Shown here: piece after piece, positions 7,766 through 15,550 of the stretch
How the letters are laid out: each line of letters starts with the position of its first letter
Numbering within the stretch: position 1 is the first letter of the stretch
Virus record (IMG/VR): IMGVR_UViG_3300011441_000022
Span: 1-40,333 of that record
DNA length: 40,333 bases
DNA from: a virus
Taxonomy: Duplodnaviria > Caudoviricetes
Reading direction: 5' to 3' (one strand)
Position numbers and translations under genes: made by a program
Notes under the pieces: generated by a model
Told to the model about the DNA's origin: nothing
Database searches by the model: none
Seen by the model: the letters and a program-made list of their open reading frames with translations, nothing else

Positions 7766-8452
7766 CTACAGAGTCACTAGAAAATCACTGTTCTGCTTTG
7801 CTCGTTTTTTTGCTTCATTACCTTTGATGCAAAGGCCTACAATTACGTTTTTCTTGTCAAGAAATCTCAAGTCATGCTCGGTGCCGTCTATGACTTCGTG
7901 CCCTTTGTAGCTGTCAGGGATATCGCCGGCGAATACCACGGCAACATTGACTCCGCGATTCATTGCGTCTTCACAAGCTTGCCAATTGTCACCACTGAAA
8001 GAGAATGTTAGGTGATAATTTGGTAGCTGTCCGCGATGCTGTAGCGGTACTTTGGTGTAATCGTAAAATTGAACTTCCGAGAATTCAACCATTAAGCTTG
8101 ACAATTTCTCCCATAGAATATCGCTTGTGCCGTTTAAGCGAATCGCAGGGATTAAATTCAATCGCTTTGCTCTTCGGATTAAGGCCTTGATATCTTGCCG
8201 CAAGGTATCGATGAAAGCTTGACGATTGCTCAAAAACTCCATCGTTTTGCGTGCCCTTGCAGCATTGATCTTCGGATATACTTGACCTAACCCGCTATCA
8301 ACTAAGCAATTCGTGAAACATGATTCGCTGGCATAGGGACAAAGCTTTGCTCGGTTTGTTCTTGGGTTAAGATACAGTATGCCCGTAAGATAACCGTAAG
8401 ACTCACCTAAGCTTGTCTTTGCATTGTCTTCCGCTAACAGTTTCATTGCCAT
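7766..8452 (-). CDS. GP88-like phage protein (Cys triad, possibly radical-SAM-like)
   Basis: CPYASESCFTNC, IRLNGTSD, FYDYTK, NYHLTFS, NVAVVF, DGTEHDLRFLD; AGGAG RBS. Confidence 0.75.
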   Translation of the reverse strand: MAMKLLAEDNAKTSLGESYGYLTGILYLNPRTNRAKLCPYASESCFTNCLVDSGLGQVYPKINAARARKTMEFLSNRQAFIDTLRQDIKALIRRAKRLNLIPAIRLNGTSDILWEKLSSLMVEFSEVQFYDYTKVPLQHRGQLPNYHLTFSFSGDNWQACEDAMNRGVNVAVVFAGDIPDSYKGHEVIDGTEHDLRFLDKKNVIVGLCIKGNEAKKRAKQNSDFLVTL

Positions 8453-8480
8453 ATTGTTCAATCTCCTATGCCAGTAACAA

Positions 8481-8829
8481 AGCAATCGATATGCCAGTGC
8501 AGCGTTGCGCTGGAATGCTCAATCGCTCCAAGATGCTCCAAGCGCTCTTCCGCGTTTTGTCATATCTGTCAAATCTTTGTGTCAATGTCATGTCAGAGAC
8601 AAAGAACTTGACTATGCAAGAGGCGTGCCAAAAGCAATTTCAAGCTTTGGAGCGCTCTTCCCTGCTAACTATGTGATATCCCTATGCAATATCCGTACCA
8701 CATCGAACGTTATGGTATGCTTGCCGATCTCTTAAGCAATATGCATGCCATGCTAAGTCATTGATATCATTAGTGTTTGTTGTTGCATGCAAGAACCGTG
8801 CCATGCTCGGACATGCAAGATCGGTGCCA
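8481..8829 (-). promoter_or_regulatory. Six tandem sigma54 (-24/-12) motifs facing the early genes
   Basis: Minus strand: TGGCATATCGATTGCT 8481-8496, TGGCACGCCTCTTGCA 8615-8630, TGGTACGGATATTGCA 8685-8700, TGGCATGCATATTGCT 8735-8750, TGGCACGGTTCTTGCA 8788-8803, TGGCACCGATCTTGCA 8814-8829; all GG-N10-GC. Confidence 0.85.
8754..8766 (-). promoter_or_regulatory. IHF binding site
   Basis: Minus strand TATCAATGACTTA matches WATCAANNNNTTR exactly; a one-mismatch copy lies at 8666-8678. Confidence 0.65.
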
Positions 8830-8835
8830 AGCATC

Positions 8836-8851
8836 TGGCATGGATTTTGCA
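8836..8851 (+). promoter_or_regulatory. sigma54 motif facing the packaging/structural genes
   Basis: TGGCATGGATTTTGCA, GG-N10-GC. Confidence 0.7.
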
Positions 8852-9032
8852 AGGCGGCGGCAGCGGGGTGGCCCCGAGGGGTGGGGTGGGCAGAGGTCCA
8901 TATTAGAGCCTTTTCTCATGCGTGTGGAACAAAAAGAACTTTCCTGTGCTCCTCCGCGCACTTAGCTCCTCTTTCGCCCACAGCTTTGACCAAAACTTCC
9001 ATGTTTGGGGCCAATAGGGTGAGGGGGACAAC

Positions 9033-9605
9033 ATGCCAAAGCTGCGTAAGCCAGGGAGATCTAAGAAAAAAGGGGTGCCCCCGACAAAGCGAGAACAAGC
9101 CCAGATGTTGGCGTTGAAGCAATTGAATCTCGGCAACTACCAAGTGGGCGAGATCATGGGCCGCTCGCCACACACCATCAGGAAATACTGCGAGAGCCCA
9201 ATGTTCACGGACCCGGCTTTCCAGAAGCTCGTGGAGGAGTACAAGAGCAAGGAGCTGATCGATCTCACAGCGATGAACATCAGCGCTCGGGCTCGCATTC
9301 ACGATCTCATTCCCACGATGACGCCAATCGAAGCTATCGCCACCATGGACAAGAGCTTCCAGCAACGCCGGCTCATCGAAGGCAAGAGCACAGAAAACAT
9401 CTTCAGCCTGCGCAAGATCATCGAGGAAGCCCACGGCCCTAGCATAGCGCAGAAGCCACAGGGGAGCACAGATGCCATTCAAGAGCAAAGCGCAGCAGCG
9501 CTACATGTTCGCCAAGGAGCCGGCGATAGCGAGAGAGATGGCGTCGAAGACGCCCAGTATCAAGAAGCTCCCGGAACACAAGAAGAAAAAGAAAAAGAAT
9601 CTTAA
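9033..9605 (+). CDS. terS: Putative terminase small subunit (N-terminal HTH)
   Basis: HTH-like NYQVGEIMGRSPHTIRKY, helical body, position upstream of terL. Confidence 0.65.
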   Translation: MPKLRKPGRSKKKGVPPTKREQAQMLALKQLNLGNYQVGEIMGRSPHTIRKYCESPMFTDPAFQKLVEEYKSKELIDLTAMNISARARIHDLIPTMTPIEAIATMDKSFQQRRLIEGKSTENIFSLRKIIEEAHGPSIAQKPQGSTDAIQEQSAAALHVRQGAGDSERDGVEDAQYQEAPGTQEEKEKES

Positions 9606-9621
9606 GCAAATCTTCGGATAA

Positions 9622-9695
9622 GGGCCTGTAGTGTAATGCGAGCACGTCTGCCCTGCAAGCAGACAGCGAGGGTTGAACTCCCTCCCGGTCCACCA
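9622..9695 (+). tRNA. tRNA-Ala(UGC), atypical
   Basis: Cloverleaf with G3:U70, A73 and encoded CCA. Anticodon loop CCTGCAA (C33), T-loop TTGAACT, 6:67 mismatch. Confidence 0.8.
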
Positions 9696-9699
9696 ATAA

Positions 9700-9775
9700 G
9701 CCCGAATAGCTCAGTTGGTAGAGCACTTGCCTTGTAAGCATGTGGTCGGCGGTTTGAATCCGTCTTCGGGCTCCA
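9700..9775 (+). tRNA. tRNA-Thr(UGU)
   Basis: GCCCGAA/TTCGGGC acceptor stem, TAGCTCAGTTGGTAGAGC D-arm, loop CTTGTAA, T-loop TTTGAAT, CCA end. Confidence 0.92.
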
Positions 9776-9790
9776 AACAAGAGAGGGATC

Positions 9791-11272
9791 ATGGCCCGTT
9801 CAGACGAGTCGGACATCGTACTGGCGTGGAGCAAGGATATCGAGAAGTATGTCGCAGACACGCTCCCCGATTTCACCTTCACACGTCAGCAGCTAGTCGC
9901 CGCCAAAGCCTTCGTGGAGTTGTGTTGGGCGAAGCTTGAAGTGAATAGCAATCCGAATGGGAAGCACAGCGAGAAGCTCAGGGCTCTCTCGCGCAAGTTC
10001 GGCATGAGCATCATGTCCGGTGTCGGCACAGGCAAAGGCGCTCTCGCCGCTGTGCTCGTGCTCTGGTTTTTGAGCGTGTTCCCTTATCCCAAATGCGTGG
10101 CGGTGTCGCCGTCAGCACGCCAGCTGCGAGACAACTTGTGGTCGGAGCTGGCGAAGTGGCATCAGAAGAGCAAGATCAAAGAATGGTTTGTGTGGCAGAG
10201 CGACAAGTTCTTCCTGAAGGAGTGCAATGGTCAGCAGTGGTTCATATCGGCACGCACGGCAAATCCGCGCAATAGTGCAGATGAGCAAGCAGAAACCCTC
10301 GCGGGTATCCACGAAGACTTCGTGCTTATCGTTGGCGACGAAGCTACGGGCGTGCCCGATCCTGTATTCCGACCGCTCGAAGCCACTCTCACACGTAAAT
10401 GCAACCTCTGCTTATTGACCTTCAACCCCACAAAGGGCAAAGGCTTTGCATACGACACGCAATTCAAGGAACGCGATCAATGGGTGACGTTCCGCTGGAA
10501 CAGTGAGGAATCGGAACTTGTCACAAAAGAAAGTATTGATCGACTCGAAAGAAAGTACGGAAGAGAGTCAAACTCATTTCGCATTCGTGTCTTGGGATTG
10601 CCTCCACTGTCTGGAGAGAATGAAGTTATTCCCTGGGATTGGATCGAAGAAGCAGTTGATAGAGAGCTGGAGCCCCTCTCGGACGATAAGCTCATTTACA
10701 GTCTCGACGTTGGAGCCGGGGGAGATGATTCGATACTCCTAAAGAAGCTCGGCCCCCGCGTGTTGAGCCTCGAAGCGAAGGGATACAACGAGAGCACGAA
10801 GGTGGTCGATTGGGCTGTGCGTGAAACGCTGGCTCAGCCGCCTACAGTGTTCTTTGGCGATCCGATCGGATGGGGGTGGGGCGTCATGGGTGAGATCGAG
10901 CGCCGCGTCAAGCACATGAATGTGGACGTGGTGCAGGTGAACGTCAGCGAGCATGCCTATCAGCCCGACCGCTTCCATAGGCTGCGCGACGAGCTGTGGT
11001 GGACCCTGCGCGAAGAGTTCGAGCGCGGCCATCTCAGCATTCCTGATGACCCAATCCTTAAAGGCGACTTAAACGCTCCTCACTACGATGATAGCACAGG
11101 CATCATCAAGGTGGAGAGCAAGGCCGATCTCAAGCGGCGCGGTGTCGAGAGCCCCAACCGGGCAGACGCCCTGATGATGACCATGCGGTATGGTGCCAGC
11201 GAAATTAGACGCCGGCCTCCCCCGCGTGATAAGGCCCGACAGCGCAGCCGAGAGAGCTGGCGCACAGCTTAA
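9791..11272 (+). CDS. terL: Terminase large subunit
   Basis: Walker A SGVGTGKG, Walker B LIVGDEA, motif III TFNP, nuclease SLDVGAGGDD and SPNRADA. Confidence 0.95.
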   Translation: MARSDESDIVLAWSKDIEKYVADTLPDFTFTRQQLVAAKAFVELCWAKLEVNSNPNGKHSEKLRALSRKFGMSIMSGVGTGKGALAAVLVLWFLSVFPYPKCVAVSPSARQLRDNLWSELAKWHQKSKIKEWFVWQSDKFFLKECNGQQWFISARTANPRNSADEQAETLAGIHEDFVLIVGDEATGVPDPVFRPLEATLTRKCNLCLLTFNPTKGKGFAYDTQFKERDQWVTFRWNSEESELVTKESIDRLERKYGRESNSFRIRVLGLPPLSGENEVIPWDWIEEAVDRELEPLSDDKLIYSLDVGAGGDDSILLKKLGPRVLSLEAKGYNESTKVVDWAVRETLAQPPTVFFGDPIGWGWGVMGEIERRVKHMNVDVVQVNVSEHAYQPDRFHRLRDELWWTLREEFERGHLSIPDDPILKGDLNAPHYDDSTGIIKVESKADLKRRGVESPNRADALMMTMRYGASEIRRRPPPRDKARQRSRESWRTA

Positions 11273-11286
11273 CGAAAGGAATCCTT

Positions 11287-13482
11287 GTGGCCCAAGCAAC
11301 GAATTCTCCGACATACGAAGAAGATGCCCGCGAGAAGGGCCATGAAGATGACGACTACAAAGAGTTCAGCGCTGAAGCAGATCTCTCTCCCGACGAGAAA
11401 GCTAAGCTTGTAGACAAGCTCGACAAGATGTTCAACTACGCCCTGGACAATCCATCCTGGAAGCGTGGCCGAGACAAGATGATCGAGTGCTTCAAGTATC
11501 GAGAGGGAGAACAGTGGACGGAAGCCGAGAAGAAAATTCTCGCAGAGCGCCATCAGCCTGACACGGTGAATAACCAAATCAGCGTGGTGGTGAACAGGCT
11601 TGTTGGCGATCTCGTCAATCAGCGCTTCCGTGTTGGCTTTGTGGGGCTCAACCAGGAGCCCGATGAAGCCATCGGCAACATCCTCTCCGACATATTCCGC
11701 CATATCCGCCAAAGCAACGATATGGAGTTCGAAGAGCGGGATATGGCAGAGGATGGCTTCACGTCTGGGATGGGCTGTCTCGATATCAGCATCGCCTTCG
11801 ATGACATGGATCAGCCCCAGATCAAGGTAAGGAACGAAGACCCTCTGATTGTCTTCCCGGACCCTGACAGCCGGCGCTACGATTGGAACGAGGATGCTCG
11901 TTTCATTGCGCGGGCCAAGTGGTGGAGCATCGAGGAAGCGTGCGAAGTTTATCCACAGGCCGAAGCCGATATCAAGGGAGCGGGCGGATTGTCCCCCTTT
12001 GATTCCAGCTCGGGGCAGATTGCCAACGTGGATCACTTCAAGGGCGAGCGCTACGTCGACAAGGACAACGAACGCATTCGAATTATCGAAGTGCAGTACA
12101 AGAAGCAGGAGCGCGAACGCCTCTTGCTCCTCAGTGACGGCACTTCGCACCCTCTGCCTGAAGAGGCGAAGGGCAAAGAGATTATGAAGCTGGCAAGAGA
12201 GCGCGGCCTTCAAGCCAAGATGCTCAACCGGCTCAAGACAACTGTGTGTGTTGGCGTGTATGCAGCCGGCGTGCTGCTTGAACACAAGGAAACCGACCAC
12301 AAATACTTCTCGCTGGTGCCCTACTTCGCGTACCGGCGCAAGACAGGGGAGCCTTACTCCCTAATAACACTCGCACTGTCCATGCAGGACGCAATTAACA
12401 AGCGAGAATCTAAGGCTCTCCACTTACTCAACACCAACCAGGCCATCTATGAGAAGAGCGCCGTTGACGATCCTGCGCGGTTGGCGGAGGAAAAGGCGAA
12501 GCCGGATGGAAACATCGAGCTTCGTGACGGTGCGCTCTCGCAGCAACGCTTCCAGTTCAAGGAAAACCTTGAATTGGCCGCTTCGCAGTTCAATATGCAC
12601 CAACGGGCGCAGGCCGATCTCTACAGCATTGTCGGGATGGATCAGCGCATGGGGCAGCAAACAGGGGAGATCCGCTCCGGGAAAGGCTTGCAGCAGAAAT
12701 ACGCTGAAGCAAGCAAGCCGGTTGCGACCCTGTTTGACAACATCCGGCGCACACGGAAGATCTTTTCCCGTGTGGCCCTCGACTTCGTGCAGAAATACTA
12801 CACGGGCGAGAAGATCTTTCTCATTACGGACGACGAGAACGCTGCCAAGCAGGTGGGCATTAGTGCCGACCAGATGGCACAGATCAAAAATGGGCTCTAT
12901 GACGTAGTGGTGACGGAATTCGAGGACGATCCAAGCACGCAGGACGAGCATTTCCGCATTCTGATGGAAACTCTCCCGCAGCTCTTGCAGTTCCCGGCTC
13001 CCTACACCGCCGAATTGCTCAAAGCTTCGCGTATCCGCAACAAAGAGGGGCTTCTCAAGGTGCTCAGCGAGCCGCAAGGCCCGCCGCCTGTACAGCCTAA
13101 GCTCAATTTGCAGGCCAATCTCGATATGCTTGAGCCTGTAGAGCGTGCCGGCGTGTGGCAACTCGCTGGCAAGCCTGAAATCGCTGATGCCGTCATGCAA
13201 ATCAATCCCCAAACAGTGCAGGCGGCGAAGTCCGCCACTGAATTGGCGAAAGAGCAGATGAAGAGCAGCGGTCAGGGCGAGCAACAGCGTGTGCAGCTCG
13301 AAATGGAGCAGGCACAGATGGATGCTCAGCTGAAGCAAGAAGAGCACCGCATGAAAATGGAGGAGATGGCAGCGAAGCATCAGCTAGAGATGGAGAAGAT
13401 CCAGATGGAGATGCAGAAGATGCAGCTTCAGATGGTAGTCGCGCAGAACACACCACAGAAAACGGAAAAGGCAGGGAAATGA
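11287..13482 (+). CDS. Portal protein, P22-like
   Basis: 731 aa after terL; GEQW, TVNNQI, FPDPDS, QDAINKR motifs and a long C-terminal Q/E/M coiled coil. Confidence 0.92.
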   Translation: MAQATNSPTYEEDAREKGHEDDDYKEFSAEADLSPDEKAKLVDKLDKMFNYALDNPSWKRGRDKMIECFKYREGEQWTEAEKKILAERHQPDTVNNQISVVVNRLVGDLVNQRFRVGFVGLNQEPDEAIGNILSDIFRHIRQSNDMEFEERDMAEDGFTSGMGCLDISIAFDDMDQPQIKVRNEDPLIVFPDPDSRRYDWNEDARFIARAKWWSIEEACEVYPQAEADIKGAGGLSPFDSSSGQIANVDHFKGERYVDKDNERIRIIEVQYKKQERERLLLLSDGTSHPLPEEAKGKEIMKLARERGLQAKMLNRLKTTVCVGVYAAGVLLEHKETDHKYFSLVPYFAYRRKTGEPYSLITLALSMQDAINKRESKALHLLNTNQAIYEKSAVDDPARLAEEKAKPDGNIELRDGALSQQRFQFKENLELAASQFNMHQRAQADLYSIVGMDQRMGQQTGEIRSGKGLQQKYAEASKPVATLFDNIRRTRKIFSRVALDFVQKYYTGEKIFLITDDENAAKQVGISADQMAQIKNGLYDVVVTEFEDDPSTQDEHFRILMETLPQLLQFPAPYTAELLKASRIRNKEGLLKVLSEPQGPPPVQPKLNLQANLDMLEPVERAGVWQLAGKPEIADAVMQINPQTVQAAKSATELAKEQMKSSGQGEQQRVQLEMEQAQMDAQLKQEEHRMKMEEMAAKHQLEMEKIQMEMQKMQLQMVVAQNTPQKTEKAGK

Positions 13483-13688
13483 AAAAGCACGTAGCAGTAT
13501 TGTTTTTCATTGGATGGTTTTTCTCTATGCGGGCGAGCGTCGGGCCTGGAATCAAGGCCACCACCACGGTGGGACCCTTCAGAAACCAGGCGGGCTGCTC
13601 TGCCTATCGGGAAGAGATCGTTGAGAGCCTGAAAGCTGTTGGCTTCCAGGGCGTGGTTGACGATTGCGTTGAGCGAAAGGGTGCCTAA
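13479..13688 (+). CDS. Hypothetical protein with hydrophobic N-terminus and two Cys
   Basis: Overlaps the portal stop and the holin start. Confidence 0.6.
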   Translation: MKKHVAVLFFIGWFFSMRASVGPGIKATTTVGPFRNQAGCSAYREEIVESLKAVGFQGVVDDCVERKGA

Positions 13689-14116
13689 TGTGGAATTTAC
13701 TGATCGGCCCAATCGCTGAAGTGGTGAACACCATCCTCAAGCGCATTCTCCCCGCCGAGAAAATGTCAGAGGAAGAGCGGGCTAAGTTAGAAGCCCAAGT
13801 TACCCTAGAACTCGCCAAGCAAGATTGGCAAGGTATCCTGGGTCAGCTGGAGATCAACAAAGAGGAAGCCAAGAGCCCCCACTGGTGGGTGGCCGGCTGG
13901 CGTCCCTTCGTTGGATGGGTGTGCGGTACGGCTTTCGCCTACCACTACATCGTCCAGCCTCTCCTGGGCTTTGTGCTGGTGGCAGTCTATGAGAATCCGC
14001 TTGGAAGCAACCTTCCAGTGTTTGACATGGACAGCTTGCTCACCGTGCTCCTCGGTATGTTGGGGCTAGGCGGGCTGCGTACATTCGAAAAATACAATGG
14101 GGTGACCCGTGGCTAG
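13688..14116 (+). CDS. 3TM holin (GTA-holin-like family)
   Basis: INKEEAKS..WVAGWRPFVGWVCG...LLGMLGLGGLRTFEK signature. Confidence 0.85.
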   Translation: MWNLLIGPIAEVVNTILKRILPAEKMSEEERAKLEAQVTLELAKQDWQGILGQLEINKEEAKSPHWWVAGWRPFVGWVCGTAFAYHYIVQPLLGFVLVAVYENPLGSNLPVFDMDSLLTVLLGMLGLGGLRTFEKYNGVTRG

Positions 14117-14312
14117 AGAATTCCGCGTCGGCTTCGACAAAATTAGCGATCCTCAGACAATCACACAAGAGAACGTCAAAGCGTTCAAAGAGCAAGATCT
14201 CGACATTCACAGACACGAAGTTGAGAAGTTAGAAGATGACCATGGCAAGCGGGAGCGAGTCTACCGTGTGAAGAACACGAAATACTTCGGCCCCTGGAGC
14301 CATCGCGGATAA
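14109..14312 (+). CDS. Hypothetical protein
   Basis: Overlaps the holin end. Confidence 0.6.
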   Translation: MAREFRVGFDKISDPQTITQENVKAFKEQDLDIHRHEVEKLEDDHGKRERVYRVKNTKYFGPWSHRG

Positions 14313-14578
14313 GCGGCCAGCAGGGGGGCCATAGCCTCGCATAGAGGCTTCCCCCGGCACCGCTTGCATGACACCATCATCTAACCAAGACCGACCATCC
14401 CTCCTGGCCGGAATGCTGGTGAAAACCCGGCTGGTGTCTTCAATCTGCTATATCATATAGCGGATACCCAATTTTATACGTTAAAGTGTATTTTCCATCT
14501 CAGCGTTCACCCGCAGCGCATGTTCACTAAAAATGAACAAGCTTCCTGCAAATCCAATTGATCGCTGAAGGAGTGTTC

Positions 14579-15535
14579 ATGGCAGTAACAGAAGGCACGA
14601 GCGAAAGCTCTGCAACGCCCCTCGATTCATTGTTCAGTCACGATTCGGAGCCGAGCGTCGAAAAGACCTCCTCAAGCGTCGAAAACGACTCCAAAGAAGA
14701 CGGTGAGGGCGAAGCTTCTCAGAAATTCCCCGAGTCTTCGTCGGATGAAAAACCGACCGACAAAGAGGCAAAGCCTGAAAAGCAAGCACCGGTTGTCAAG
14801 AAGGAGACTGAAAAGACTCCTGACGTGAAAACTGATGCTAAGACGGAAGGAGAGCCCACCCCGGAGCAGAAAGCTGCGAAGGAAGCGGAAGAAGCGAAGA
14901 AGAAGTGGGAGAACGACGAAAACCCATTCTTCAAGCGCTACAGGGACACGTCAGCCAGCTGGCAGAAGGAGCACCAAGAAAAGCTTCAGCTCCAGCAAGC
15001 AGTGGCCCAGATGCAGCAAGAGATGGGCGTCATGCGCAAGATTGCGGATGGCACCTACGATCCTGAAGTGGATGACCCGGCGAAGCATATCACCCCCGAG
15101 GCGATAGCGTCCCAGGCCCTCACTGTCGGCAAGGCGTTGTCGTCCAAAGCGGCGATGATCGAGCAGCATGGCAGTGAAGTGGTTGAGCAGAAGTTGGCTC
15201 AGTTTCACGAGCACTTCGGCGGCAACCAGATGGTTCAGGCTCTCGTGCTGAATTCCGATTCCCCCGTACACGAAGCTTTCCGTGTGATGGAACGCCTGGA
15301 GTTCGAAACCAAGTACGGCAGCTCGCCTGCTGATTGGCACAAGAACATTCGAGCCGAAGCTGAAAAAGAGCTTCGGGAGAAACTCAAGGCTGAAATCACC
15401 GAAGATCTCATGGGCAGGGCTGATAAGAAGAACAACACCCCGCGAGGACTCTCTTCCCCTCGTGGGAGCAATGGCCTCAAGGCAGGCAACAAAGTTGCCG
15501 GCCCTAAGTCATTGGGCGATATATTCTCTCGATAA
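14579..15535 (+). CDS. Capsid scaffolding protein
   Basis: Acidic disordered N-terminus, helical core, directly upstream of the capsid gene; AAGGAG RBS before ATG 14579. Confidence 0.75.
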   Translation: MAVTEGTSESSATPLDSLFSHDSEPSVEKTSSSVENDSKEDGEGEASQKFPESSSDEKPTDKEAKPEKQAPVVKKETEKTPDVKTDAKTEGEPTPEQKAAKEAEEAKKKWENDENPFFKRYRDTSASWQKEHQEKLQLQQAVAQMQQEMGVMRKIADGTYDPEVDDPAKHITPEAIASQALTVGKALSSKAAMIEQHGSEVVEQKLAQFHEHFGGNQMVQALVLNSDSPVHEAFRVMERLEFETKYGSSPADWHKNIRAEAEKELREKLKAEITEDLMGRADKKNNTPRGLSSPRGSNGLKAGNKVAGPKSLGDIFSR

Positions 15536-15550
15536 AGGAAGGTACTCAAA

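Noticed and set aside
8481-8851. CRISPR-like or mini-array interpretation of the repeated motif
   Set aside because: Only a gapped 16-bp consensus is shared, spacing is irregular (26-134 bp), one copy is inverted, and no cas genes are present.
8413-9136. Short ORFs across the control region
   Set aside because: No convincing RBS or motifs; they overlap the sigma54/IHF array, which explains the sequence better.
9646-9664. Reading the first tRNA as Cys(GCA)
   Set aside because: Stem pairing centres the loop on TGC, and G3:U70 with A73 are Ala determinants.
14355-14368. sigma54-like CGGCACCGCTTGCA upstream of the scaffold gene
   Set aside because: GG-to-GC spacing is 8 nt, not the required 10.
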